A DNA stretch of 64,000 bases from assembly GCA_947053595.1 (NCBI GenBank), contig CAMRSX010000003.1, forward strand, positions 15,596 through 79,595, written 5' to 3'. This DNA comes from an uncultured Clostridia bacterium (GTDB taxonomy: Bacteria > Bacillota > Clostridia > Christensenellales > UBA1242). This document shows positions 55,723-64,000 of this stretch, piece after piece (the first letter of the stretch is position 1; each line of letters opens with the position of its first letter). The position numbers and the translations under genes are program-made. Below the pieces are notes generated by a model, which was given only the letters and a program-made list of their open reading frames with translations, searched no databases and was not told where the DNA came from.

Positions 55723-55962
55723 ATGAAAAATTTAACGAAAGAAGATATTAGAGATATCATATATGAGGATTATCTAACTTTTAAAGAGGTGTCAGAGAGC
55801 GACTGGGATTTTACGGAAGCAACAATTGCTTTTGAAAAAACTTTAAGTGAAAAGCAAAAAAAAGAATTTAAAGATTTGCTTTTGCTAAACAATTATGCAG
55901 TGGATGATGATAGACTTGAGTTGATTGAGTATACCCTTAGCTTTATTAAAGCAATTTTTTAA
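55723..55962 (+). CDS. Small acidic hypothetical protein (79 aa), divergent from the XRE gene
   Basis: RBS AAGGGAAA and a consensus promoter upstream. No family recognised. Confidence 0.5.
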   Translation: MKNLTKEDIRDIIYEDYLTFKEVSESDWDFTEATIAFEKTLSEKQKKEFKDLLLLNNYAVDDDRLELIEYTLSFIKAIF

Positions 55963-56003
55963 AGCGGACAGAGATGTTCCGACACGCTCGCTGCGCTCAC
56001 GGC

Positions 56004-56120
56004 TTATCATGACTTTTTAAGAGGAGTGCACCCGCTGTCCTGTTGAACGGAACGAAGTGGAGTTGAAACATCTCGAGTGCAACAAGTGGAAGAGGCCTGC
56101 TTGCATCTCGCTTTCGCCGG
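56004..56120. repeat. Dispersed repeat family R1, copy C (variant core with conserved flanks)
   Basis: …tcatgac…gtgcacccgctgtcctgttgaacggaacgaagtgg…ctcgagtgcaacaagtggaagagg…tctcgctttcgccgg. The flanks match 60306-60400 and the core matches copy D at 18627-18660 in reverse complement. Confidence 0.7.
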
Positions 56121-56166
56121 CTTCATTTTTTTTAATATTTTGCTTTGTCCAACATATTTATAGAAT

Positions 56167-56901
56167 ATGAAGACAAAAAGAATGAAAATTTGGACAATTA
56201 ACGGCAGGCGTTTTTTTAGCAATGCCATCATTTTTGTTATGCTGCTTGCGGTGTCTTGCATGGCGGGCTTTGGGGTGAGTTATGTCACTTCGGCAAAAAT
56301 TTACAACGGCGTGTATTACAGCGGCGATGAAACTTCCAACAAGGTGTCGCTGATGATTAATGTATATTGGGGCACCGAGTTTTTGGACGATATGCTGCAA
56401 ATTTTGCAGGACAATGGCGTGAAAACCACTTTTTTTGTGGGCGGCACTTGGGCAATTAAGGAAAGTGATATGCTGGAAAAAATTTATGCCGCTGGGCATG
56501 AGATTGGCAATCATGGATATTATCACAAAGACCAAGGCAAGCTTTCTGCCGAAAAAAATTTGGAAGAAATTTCCACAACTCACAAGTTGGTGAAAGGCTT
56601 GATTGGGGTGGACATGAATTTGTTTGCTCCGCCAAGTGGCTCTTACAACAAAAAGACAGTGGAGGTGGCAAACGAACTGGGCTATAAAACCATCATGTGG
56701 ACGGAAGGCAAGGACACAATTGATTGGCGTGACAAAGACAGCTCTCTCATTTTGCAGCGCGCCACCAAGGGCATCAAAGGTGGAGATTTGGTGTTGATGC
56801 ACCCAACAAAAGCCACCAAAGACGCGCTGAACCAGATTGTTAAGACAATTTTGGCGCAAGGTTTGCAAGTTTGCCCTGTCAGCGAAGTGCTGGGGCAATA
56901 A
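56167..56901 (+). CDS. Polysaccharide deacetylase (NodB domain, PdaB-like)
   Basis: Blocks VSLMINVYWGTE, TFFVGG, GHEIGNHGYYH, FAPPSGSYN and LMHP. N-terminal TM/signal segment. Confidence 0.75.
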   Translation: MKTKRMKIWTINGRRFFSNAIIFVMLLAVSCMAGFGVSYVTSAKIYNGVYYSGDETSNKVSLMINVYWGTEFLDDMLQILQDNGVKTTFFVGGTWAIKESDMLEKIYAAGHEIGNHGYYHKDQGKLSAEKNLEEISTTHKLVKGLIGVDMNLFAPPSGSYNKKTVEVANELGYKTIMWTEGKDTIDWRDKDSSLILQRATKGIKGGDLVLMHPTKATKDALNQIVKTILAQGLQVCPVSEVLGQ

Positions 56902-57031
56902 AAAAACTGCAGGCGCAAAAAGCTTTATGAAAGTTTTTTGAGGCAAAACAGACAAAATTAGTGCGAATTTTTGTTAAATATGTTTGTGATTTTGAGGCTT
57001 TTGGTGATATACTTAAATTGAAGTATTCTGA

Positions 57032-60025
57032 GTGGAACAGCTTGAAAAAATATATCAGTATTCACCTTTGGAGGCGACGGTGGCAATTTATAAATTAACT
57101 TCAAATAAGAAAAAGCAAAGAAATCGCAACATCAAGAAGACGATTGGTTTTTCGCTGATTATTGCAGCGTCAATTATTTTCTTTTTCTTAACTCCTGTTG
57201 CGGCACCAATTCAAACCTTCCTTTTGGGAGTGTTGGGAGTGTTTGGCTTTCCGCTTTGCATCACAATGTTTGTGGTGGGTTTGGCTCTTGTCAACAACAG
57301 AAAATATGTCATGTCTTTGAAATATACCATCTGTTTGATGCTCAGCGTGTTTTTTGCGCTTTGCATTTTGCAGCTTGCCATTGTGGGTGGCAACAGGGCA
57401 GACCTTTCTTTTGGGGACTATTTGGCAAAGAACTATCTTGACAAATGGACGGCGGGCGGCATTGTGATTGGCTTCTTCACAACCGTGTTGTTGTTTTTGA
57501 CAACGGTGTATGGGGCATATATCATCTTTTGCCTTGGCTTTGTGATTTGTTTTGCTTTGCTTTTGGACAGCCTCAACTTTTTGAAGAGGCAGAAGAAGGC
57601 AAAAGAGCCTGTTTCGCTTCAGATTAAGGACAAAAAATCATCGCTTGTGCAAACAGCCGAAGTTGCGCCTGCTGCTGCCAAACAGCCGTTGGCAGAAACC
57701 AACAATGTTGTTTTGAATGGAAATTTGAAGGAAGAGCAAGAAAAAGAGGCGCAAAAGCCGCTGACAGCCAGACAACTGCTTGGACTGGACAAAAAGCGCA
57801 ATTCTGTTTATGAAGAAAAAGCACCTGCCAAGGCAGAACAAAAGAAGCCAAAAGAAGAGTTGCCAAAATCGCTGAAAGAGTTGATTTTGACACCGCCTCA
57901 AATTGACATTGATGAATATTTCAAAGATGTCAGAAAGCAAAATGACGTGCCTCCAAAAGAGGTGATTCAAAGCAACATCTCTTCGCTTAAAAATGACGAA
58001 ATTGAGCCGTCGCAAGTTTATAAAGAAGACGAGTTTAAGGTGGAAACAACGCCGCTGATTCATCGCACGCTGCCAGAGGTGAAGTCTGAAGAGCTGGTGG
58101 AGAGGGCAGACGACATTTTGAGGTCGGCTATTGAAGAGGAAAAAATTGAAAACGCTGAAATGTTTGACGAGTCAGCCGAGCAGAATGTTTTGGACAACTT
58201 GCCAGAGCGCAATCATGCTGGCGGATTTGAAGTTAGAGAAAATTTTGCCAGAAGAGAGCTGGAAAATGACAACTTGCAAAACGATGACGAGCAAAACCAG
58301 TTTAGGGCAAGAAGAAGCGATTTTGGCGGCACTCACAACACTCAAGAGCGCGGCTTTGAAAGAAGAGGTGAAAGTTATGACGCCTCCAAAGAAGCGTTTA
58401 ACCGCAGTTTGAGAGAGCGGGAAGACCGTGGCATGACGCAGGAAGACCGCGATGCCAGAAACACTTTCAATCGTGACCGTGACCGTTTGAACATGCGCAA
58501 TGGCACACTTTCGCGGGAAAATCAACCAATTCAGGCAGAAGAAGAGCCAGAGCCAAGAGAGCCTTATGTTTATGAAAAGCCTCCAATTGATTTCATCACA
58601 ACGCAAAGTGTGGACCTTTCCACATTAAATGAGGACGTTGCGGTGAAGCGCGTGCTTTTGGAAAACACGCTGGAAACTTTTGGCGTGCCTGCAAAGGTGC
58701 AGGGCGTTGTGGTTGGGCCGGCTGTCACAAGATATGAGCTTGAGATGCCACAAGGAATTTCCGTGCAAAAAATCAAAAATCGCTCGGATGACATTGCGCT
58801 TTCACTTGCTGCCGAGGGTACAATCCGCATTGAGGCGCCAATTCCGGGCAAGAGCGTGGTGGGAATTGAAGTTCCAAACAGCTCCATTGCCGCAATCAGC
58901 TTGAAAGATGTGCTGATTTCCAAAGAGTTCACTGGGGCAACATCTCCTTTGACATTTGCTTTGGGAAAAGACATCACTGGCAGAACAATCTGCTGCGACA
59001 TGACAAAACTGACGCACCTGTTGGTGGCAGGCACAACCGGCTCGGGAAAGAGTGTGTGCTTAAACTCCATCATCCTTTCAATTTTGTATAAAGCTTCGCC
59101 AGAAGAAGTGAAGGTGCTGCTGGTGGACCCTAAGCGTGTGGAATTTGCCACATATGAAGGGCTGCCACATCTTGTGACACCTTACATCATCAACGAAACT
59201 CAAAAAGCAATCAACGCGCTTAACTGGGCGGTGAATGAAATGGAAAGGCGTTTTGATGTGTTGATGAAGGCGCGTGTGAGAGAAATCAGCGATTATAACA
59301 AAACACCAGAGGTGTTGTCTGGAAAAGTGGAAAAGATGCCATATCTGGTGATTATTGTGGACGAGCTGGCCGATTTGATGATGACAGGAAAGAAGGAAGT
59401 GGAAGAAAAGATTTGTCGTCTTGCGCAAAAGGCAAGAGCGGCGGGCATCCATCTTGTGCTTGCCACACAAAGGCCTTCTGTGGATGTCATCACGGGGCTG
59501 ATTAAATCCAACTTCCCATCCAGAATTTCGTTTGCGGTTTCCAGTGCGGTGGACAGCATGACAATTCTTGACCGTGTGGGCGCTGAGAAGCTTTTGGGCA
59601 AGGGCGATATGTTCTATTTCCCAAATGGCGCAAAAGACCCATTCCGTGTGCAGGGCTGTTTTATCACAACCAACGAAATCAACCAAATTGTGGACTATGT
59701 GCGTGACAACAATTTGCCAATTTTTGACGACCAAATTGCTGAGGCAATCAACAATCCAAACAAAAACAATGGCAACTCTGGCGCGGGCTTTAACAACGAA
59801 ATGGACGAGCTTTTGCCACAAGCGCTTAAGGTTTCCATCGAGTGCGGACAGGCTTCGGCTTCCATGATTAGGCGCCGCTTTGCTGTTGGATATCCTCGTG
59901 CCGCAAGAATTATTGACCAAATGGAAGCGGCAGGCTATATCTCCAGTGTGGACGGGGCAAAAGGACGCTCGGTTTACACCACTGAAGAAGAATTTAGAGA
60001 GTTGTTTGGCGAGCAGTATGACTAG
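57032..60025 (+). CDS. ftsK: DNA translocase FtsK/SpoIIIE
   Basis: Four N-terminal TM helices, a long charged linker, Walker A AGTTGSGKS, the IVDELADLMM block and a C-terminal gamma wHTH. An alternative GTG start at 57080 has a better RBS (GGAGG). Confidence 0.9.
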   Translation: MEQLEKIYQYSPLEATVAIYKLTSNKKKQRNRNIKKTIGFSLIIAASIIFFFLTPVAAPIQTFLLGVLGVFGFPLCITMFVVGLALVNNRKYVMSLKYTICLMLSVFFALCILQLAIVGGNRADLSFGDYLAKNYLDKWTAGGIVIGFFTTVLLFLTTVYGAYIIFCLGFVICFALLLDSLNFLKRQKKAKEPVSLQIKDKKSSLVQTAEVAPAAAKQPLAETNNVVLNGNLKEEQEKEAQKPLTARQLLGLDKKRNSVYEEKAPAKAEQKKPKEELPKSLKELILTPPQIDIDEYFKDVRKQNDVPPKEVIQSNISSLKNDEIEPSQVYKEDEFKVETTPLIHRTLPEVKSEELVERADDILRSAIEEEKIENAEMFDESAEQNVLDNLPERNHAGGFEVRENFARRELENDNLQNDDEQNQFRARRSDFGGTHNTQERGFERRGESYDASKEAFNRSLREREDRGMTQEDRDARNTFNRDRDRLNMRNGTLSRENQPIQAEEEPEPREPYVYEKPPIDFITTQSVDLSTLNEDVAVKRVLLENTLETFGVPAKVQGVVVGPAVTRYELEMPQGISVQKIKNRSDDIALSLAAEGTIRIEAPIPGKSVVGIEVPNSSIAAISLKDVLISKEFTGATSPLTFALGKDITGRTICCDMTKLTHLLVAGTTGSGKSVCLNSIILSILYKASPEEVKVLLVDPKRVEFATYEGLPHLVTPYIINETQKAINALNWAVNEMERRFDVLMKARVREISDYNKTPEVLSGKVEKMPYLVIIVDELADLMMTGKKEVEEKICRLAQKARAAGIHLVLATQRPSVDVITGLIKSNFPSRISFAVSSAVDSMTILDRVGAEKLLGKGDMFYFPNGAKDPFRVQGCFITTNEINQIVDYVRDNNLPIFDDQIAEAINNPNKNNGNSGAGFNNEMDELLPQALKVSIECGQASASMIRRRFAVGYPRAARIIDQMEAAGYISSVDGAKGRSVYTTEEEFRELFGEQYD

Positions 60026-60037
60026 GGGCGAAAAACG

Positions 60038-60110
60038 GGGCGAAAACTGCGCTGTTTGCTCATTTTCGTGCTTTGCACGAAAAGTATCGCTTTGACGCTT
60101 GTTTTCGCCC
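60038..60110 (+). repeat. Structured repeat module F2, copy X
   Basis: 10-bp outer stem gggcgaaaac/gttttcgccc and 9-bp inner stem ttttcgtgc/gcacgaaaa. The unpaired segments are conserved with 10470-10534. Confidence 0.75.
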
Positions 60111-60123
60111 ACTTGGGACAGAC

Positions 60124-60186
60124 ACCAAAGTTTTTAAACGGCAGCACGCCTTGCAAAAAAGCAAGGCTAATGCCTAAAACTTTGGT
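60124..60186 (+). repeat. Structured repeat module F3, copy X
   Basis: 11-bp basal stem accaaagtttt/aaaactttggt, inner ggca/tgcc pairs and an apical stem ccttgc/gcaagg. It is homologous, inverted, to 11125-11184. Confidence 0.75.
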
Positions 60187-60305
60187 TTCTCAACCCAGTC
60201 CTCTTCCCTGAAGGTGATTTTCATTTTTGCTTGCACGGGCAAAGCCCTTTGCAATGCAAAATTGAAAATTGGTTTTGGGAGTGTGTAAGCGTGGCGTTGG
60301 GGGAA

Positions 60306-60400
60306 GCCAGCGCGTCATTATGAGCCGCACCCGCTGTCAGCCTGAGTGTAGTCGAAGGGTCTCGGGTGCAACAAGTGGAAGAATCTCGCTGGCGGTGGTC
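60306..60400. repeat. Dispersed repeat family R1, copy B, with extended flanks
   Basis: gccagcgcgtcattatgagcc-gcacccgctgtcagcctgagtgtagtcgaagggtctcgggtgc-aacaagtggaagaatctcgctggcgg. Confidence 0.8.
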
Positions 60401-60480
60401 AGTTTGAAAGAGGGGCGCAATCATGTTTGGCGGGGCAACGCGAAACATTAATCATACATTATTTAATCTAAGGAAAAAAT

Positions 60481-61812
60481 ATGAATGAGATTTTGAAGGA
60501 AAAGAAAATATCTGCAATTTCGCTGGGGTGCGATAAAAACAGAGTGGATTTGGAAAAGATGCTGTTTGCTCTTTCAGACTTTGGGTTTGAAATTGTGGAC
60601 GATGTGCATGATGCCAACATTGTGATTGTCAACACCTGTGCTTTCATCACGCCTTCAAAGGAAGAGGCTGTTGCAAACATCTTTGAAATGTGTTTGCTTA
60701 AAAGCAAAAACAAGCTTGAGAAGGTGATTGTCAGCGGTTGTCTTTCGCAGCGTCACAAGAGTGAGCTTATGAAAGAAATTCCAGAGGTGGATGCCTTTTT
60801 AACTGCGGCAGACAACGAGAAGATTTGCGAAATTGTGGAGGGGTTATATCAGCTGCCTTCATCAAAGCAAAAGCTTAAAAATGGGCGAGTTTTCACCAAT
60901 CGCGGCAGTTTTGCTTATTTGAAAATTGCCGATGGCTGCAGCAATGTTTGCTCTTATTGCACCATTCCGCGCATCAAGGGCAGATATCACAGTTTTCCAA
61001 TGGAAGAGTTGGTGGAAGAAGCCAAATATCTGGCAAGAAACAACATTAAAGAGCTTGTGCTGGTGGCGCAAGATGTCACGCGATATGGCGAGGATTTGTA
61101 TGGCGCCAACAAGTTGATTGAGCTTTGCGAAAAGTTGGCAAAAATTTCGGGAATTGAGTGGATTAGGCTGCATTATGCATACCCAGAAAAGACAACCGAA
61201 AAGCTTTTGAACTTTGTGAAGAAGCAGCCAAAAATGTGCAAATATTTGGACATTCCGCTTCAGCACATTGACGACGGAATTTTGAAGAGCATGAGAAGAA
61301 AGTTGAGCGAAGAGAAAACGCGTCAGTTGATTGAAAAACTGCAAGCGGAATTTCCTGAAATTGCTCTTCGCACAACCTTCATTGTGGGATATCCGGGGGA
61401 AACAAAGAAAGCTTTTGATAAGCTTTGCCAGTTTGTGAAAAACACAAAGTTTGACTATGCAGGATTTTTTCCTTATTCTCGTGAAGAAAACACTCCAAGC
61501 TTTTTTATGGACAATCAGATTGCAAACAGGGTGAAAAAGCGCAGATTGAGAAAAATTCAGAAAATTCAACACAAGGTTGTTTCTGAAAAGGCAAAAGCCA
61601 ACTTGGGGCAAGTTTTTAGGGTTTTGGTGGACTATTTTGACGAAACTGTGGGCGAGTATGTGGGACACACCGAGTTTTTGTCCCCAACAGTTGACTTTGG
61701 TGTTAAAATTGTGGATAATGAAAATGTGTGTGCTGGCAAAATTGTGAATGTGAAATTTTTTGATTTTGACGGGCAGAATTATAAAGGAGAATATTATGAA
61801 CCTTCCAAATAA
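60481..61812 (+). CDS. rimO: Radical-SAM methylthiotransferase (RimO-like, ribosomal protein S12 methylthiotransferase)
   Basis: UPF0004 N-terminal domain, radical SAM motif CSNVCSYCTIP and a C-terminal TRAM domain. The rimO-pgsA-cinA-recA context fits. Confidence 0.7.
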   Translation: MNEILKEKKISAISLGCDKNRVDLEKMLFALSDFGFEIVDDVHDANIVIVNTCAFITPSKEEAVANIFEMCLLKSKNKLEKVIVSGCLSQRHKSELMKEIPEVDAFLTAADNEKICEIVEGLYQLPSSKQKLKNGRVFTNRGSFAYLKIADGCSNVCSYCTIPRIKGRYHSFPMEELVEEAKYLARNNIKELVLVAQDVTRYGEDLYGANKLIELCEKLAKISGIEWIRLHYAYPEKTTEKLLNFVKKQPKMCKYLDIPLQHIDDGILKSMRRKLSEEKTRQLIEKLQAEFPEIALRTTFIVGYPGETKKAFDKLCQFVKNTKFDYAGFFPYSREENTPSFFMDNQIANRVKKRRLRKIQKIQHKVVSEKAKANLGQVFRVLVDYFDETVGEYVGHTEFLSPTVDFGVKIVDNENVCAGKIVNVKFFDFDGQNYKGEYYEPSK

Positions 61813-62440
61813 GATTACAATTTGCAGAATTTGCCTGATTCCGCTTTTTGTGTTTTTCTATATGGCAAACTTCATTCCTTATGGAAAGCTGGTGGCAATT
61901 TTGATTTTTGCGCTTGCTTGCTTCACAGACTTCTTGGATGGGCACATTGCGCGCAAAAATGGACTGGTGACAAACCTTGGCAAATTTCTTGACCCCATTG
62001 CGGACAAAGTGCTGGTTATGACGGGGCTTTTGCTGGTGGTTGCCTGCCCTATTGCACCAAACTATGGCAATTTGGCAGTGGAGCAAACCACATTTTTGTC
62101 TGTCATTCAGCCATATTATGTGGGCATCATCTTTGCAATGATTGTGCTGGCAAGAGAGTTTATCATCAGCGCATTTCGTCAGCTTGCTGCCACCAAAAAT
62201 GTGGTTATGGCGGCTGACATATATGGAAAAGTTAAGACTGTTTTTCAGTTTATCACACTGATTTATTATTTTGTTTTTGCTTTTGTGATTGACGAGTTTT
62301 ATTATGCCATTGCGGGCACTGCAAACACGGTTTTGAATGTGGTTGGCTATGTTTTGATTGTTGCCACCGTGATTTTGACAATAATTTCTGGTTTTAAATA
62401 CATCTTGGGAAACAAGCAGGTGCTTAGCGATGAAAAATAA
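61796..62440 (+). CDS. pgsA: CDP-diacylglycerol--glycerol-3-phosphate 3-phosphatidyltransferase
   Basis: Start moved to the ATG at 61796 (RBS AAAGGAGA). CDP-alcohol phosphatidyltransferase motif DFLDGHIARKNGLVTNLGKFLDPIADK. Confidence 0.85.
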   Translation: MNLPNKITICRICLIPLFVFFYMANFIPYGKLVAILIFALACFTDFLDGHIARKNGLVTNLGKFLDPIADKVLVMTGLLLVVACPIAPNYGNLAVEQTTFLSVIQPYYVGIIFAMIVLAREFIISAFRQLAATKNVVMAADIYGKVKTVFQFITLIYYFVFAFVIDEFYYAIAGTANTVLNVVGYVLIVATVILTIISGFKYILGNKQVLSDEK

Positions 62441-63380
62441 GGTTATAAATTTCTATGGCAATCACACAGTTGCGCAAAAAGTTGAACCGCTGCTTTTCAG
62501 GCGGGGATACTTTGATTTTACATATCTTTCTTGTGCCAATTTTGAGGAATTTTTGCAGGAGCTTAAAGCTGCCAAAGCGGAATGCGACCAATGCATTGTG
62601 TTGTGCAAAAATCAGCTGATTGACGATGTTTTGCAGGCTGTTGTCAGCCCGCAGGATAGTCTTTCTTTGCTGTTTGACCAAGCGGTGAAACTTGAAAGCG
62701 GGCAGCACCGAATGCTTTTTGTTCCTTCCGAGTTGGACGTTGAAAAATTTTTGGATGAATTTTTGGAAAAGCGCGAAGTTTGCACTTTTTCGGTGTTTGG
62801 CAAAAGCGCGGCATTTATGGAAAAAATCCTTTCTGCAAAAGAGGGGCTTGGTTATAAAATCATAACAAGGTCGCAGCTTTTTCATACGGTTTATTGCCCT
62901 GCAGATGTTGACAAAGAGTGGCTGGAGGCAGTGTTTGGCGAAGGGCTTTTGTATGGCTATTCGTTGGCGGACGAGTGCAAAAAGTTTATGAGAGAACGAG
63001 GGCTTTCGCTGGCGGTGGCCGAGCAAATTACGGCGGGCGGATTTTCTAAGCTTATGGGCAGATTTTCCAATCTGAGAAAAAGCGTGATTTTGTTTAAGGA
63101 AGACGATTTCAATTCCATTGGCGTGAAGGGCGAACTCGTGCGAGAGTTTGGCAGTGTTTCAAACGAAACCTCTTTTGAGGTGTGCAAGGGTCTGCTTAAA
63201 ACAGCCGATGTTGTTTTGAGCGTGCTTGGAAACGAAAACGGCAATGTGAATGTTGCAGTGGGCAATCGGGATGTGCTTTACAACCGCACTTCGCACTTTG
63301 AGGACGAAAATTTTGCGGATGTGGCTTGCGATTTGGCGTTGTTTAGGCTGTATCGTTTTTTGAAGGAAAATTATGAATAA
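62430..63380 (+). CDS. cinA: CinA-like protein with a divergent N-terminal half and a PncC/CinA-type C-terminal domain
   Basis: C-terminal block LSLAVAEQITAGGFSKLM aligns with the usual AESCTGG block. It lies immediately upstream of recA. Confidence 0.55.
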   Translation: MKNKVINFYGNHTVAQKVEPLLFRRGYFDFTYLSCANFEEFLQELKAAKAECDQCIVLCKNQLIDDVLQAVVSPQDSLSLLFDQAVKLESGQHRMLFVPSELDVEKFLDEFLEKREVCTFSVFGKSAAFMEKILSAKEGLGYKIITRSQLFHTVYCPADVDKEWLEAVFGEGLLYGYSLADECKKFMRERGLSLAVAEQITAGGFSKLMGRFSNLRKSVILFKEDDFNSIGVKGELVREFGSVSNETSFEVCKGLLKTADVVLSVLGNENGNVNVAVGNRDVLYNRTSHFEDENFADVACDLALFRLYRFLKENYE

Positions 63381-63454
63381 ATTTTTGCGTTTTGCTTTGA
63401 AAAACTGAGGACTTTGGGGTAAAATATATTTAAGAATAAAATTAGGAGAAAATT

Positions 63455-64000
63455 ATGGCAGAGAAAAAAGACCCAAGAGAAGAGGCGCTTGAGCAAGCAC
63501 TTCTTAAGATTGAAAAAGATTTTGGAAAAGGCGCAATTATGAAGCTGGGTGACAACCCATATCAAAAGGTGGAGGTGATTCCAACAGGATGCTTGACGCT
63601 GGATATGGCACTGGGAATTGGCGGCATTCCAAAAGGAAGAATTGTTGAAATTTATGGGCCAGAATCTTCTGGAAAAACCACGGTTTCTTTGCACATTGTG
63701 GCAGAGGCGCAAAAGAATGGCGGCAAGGCAGCATTTATTGATGCAGAGCATGCGCTGGACCCAGCATATGCTGAAAAACTTGGCGTTGACACCAGCCAAC
63801 TTTATGTTTCGCAACCAGACAATGGTGAGCAAGCACTCAACATCTGTGACACGCTGATTCGCTCTGGCGCTTTTGATATTATTGTTGTGGACTCGGTGGC
63901 TGCGCTCACTCCAAAGGCGGAAATTGACGGCGAAATGGGCGACAACCATGTTGGCTTGCAAGCCAGAATGATGAGCCAAGCGCTGAGAAAGATGACCTCC
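63455..64000 (+). CDS. recA: Recombinase RecA (N-terminal 182 aa; continues beyond the window)
   Basis: ATG at 63455 preceded by [28 protein letters not shown], Walker [10 protein letters not shown] and [10 protein letters not shown]. Confidence 0.95.
   Translation, partial: MAEKKDPREEALEQALLKIEKDFGKGAIMKLGDNPYQKVEVIPTGCLTLDMALGIGGIPKGRIVEIYGPESSGKTTVSLHIVAEAQKNGGKAAFIDAEHALDPAYAEKLGVDTSQLYVSQPDNGEQALNICDTLIRSGAFDIIVVDSVAALTPKAEIDGEMGDNHVGLQARMMSQALRKMTS

Noticed and set aside
60026-60480. A known housekeeping RNA (RNase P RNA, tmRNA, 6S, SRP RNA) in the long ftsK-rimO spacer.
   Set aside because: None of the universally conserved sequence blocks I know for these RNAs is present. The region is better explained as repeat modules, though a proper Rfam scan is still needed.

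Overview
This is a chromosomal segment of roughly 40% GC (judged by eye) from a spore-forming Firmicutes (Clostridia-like) bacterium. The taxonomic call is an inference from the gene set: gpr next to rpsT, ytfI/ytfJ, a PdaB-like deacetylase, FtsK/SpoIIIE, and a BclA-like collagen protein. The backbone is housekeeping: short-form alaS, rmuC, ung, rpsT, gpr, murI, a DUF1846 gene, a dacB-like gene, rluB, plsC, an S1-domain protein, nifS, leuS, ftsK, then rimO-pgsA-cinA-recA. Many genes have near-consensus TTGACA-17-TATAAT promoters and clear hairpin/T-run terminators. Interspersed are visibly AT-richer accessory islets next to tRNA genes. One sits around tRNA-Gly/Cys/Leu: a serine hydrolase plus P-loop gene pair, an aldo/keto reductase cassette bracketed by inverted repeats, and a 1.3-kb coding desert. 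Another follows tRNA-Thr: a methyltransferase, two GNATs and a decayed FAD-oxidoreductase pseudogene, followed by a LysR, tandem-kinase and ABC exporter module. Other accessory content is a BclA-like collagen protein with a GT2-TPR glycosyltransferase, a 1209-aa M60/enhancin-like exoprotein, and a 26-residue tandem-repeat protein. No complete, recognisable defence system, CRISPR array, transposase or prophage is visible. Six observations seem most worth a second look. (1) Families of short structured dispersed repeats whose stems covary between copies; they flank truncated tRNA copies and form a 445-bp mosaic between ftsK and rimO. (2) An apparent in-frame repeat-like insertion inside a flavoprotein gene. 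(3) Three G8-G9 homopolymer tracts in coding sequence, one of which currently splits a gene translationally coupled to nifS. (4) The inverted-repeat-bracketed reductase cassette. (5) A Cys-rich micro-ORF divergent from an ABC exporter. (6) The tandem-kinase plus ABC module. All functional calls rest on motif recognition by eye. No database search was run.
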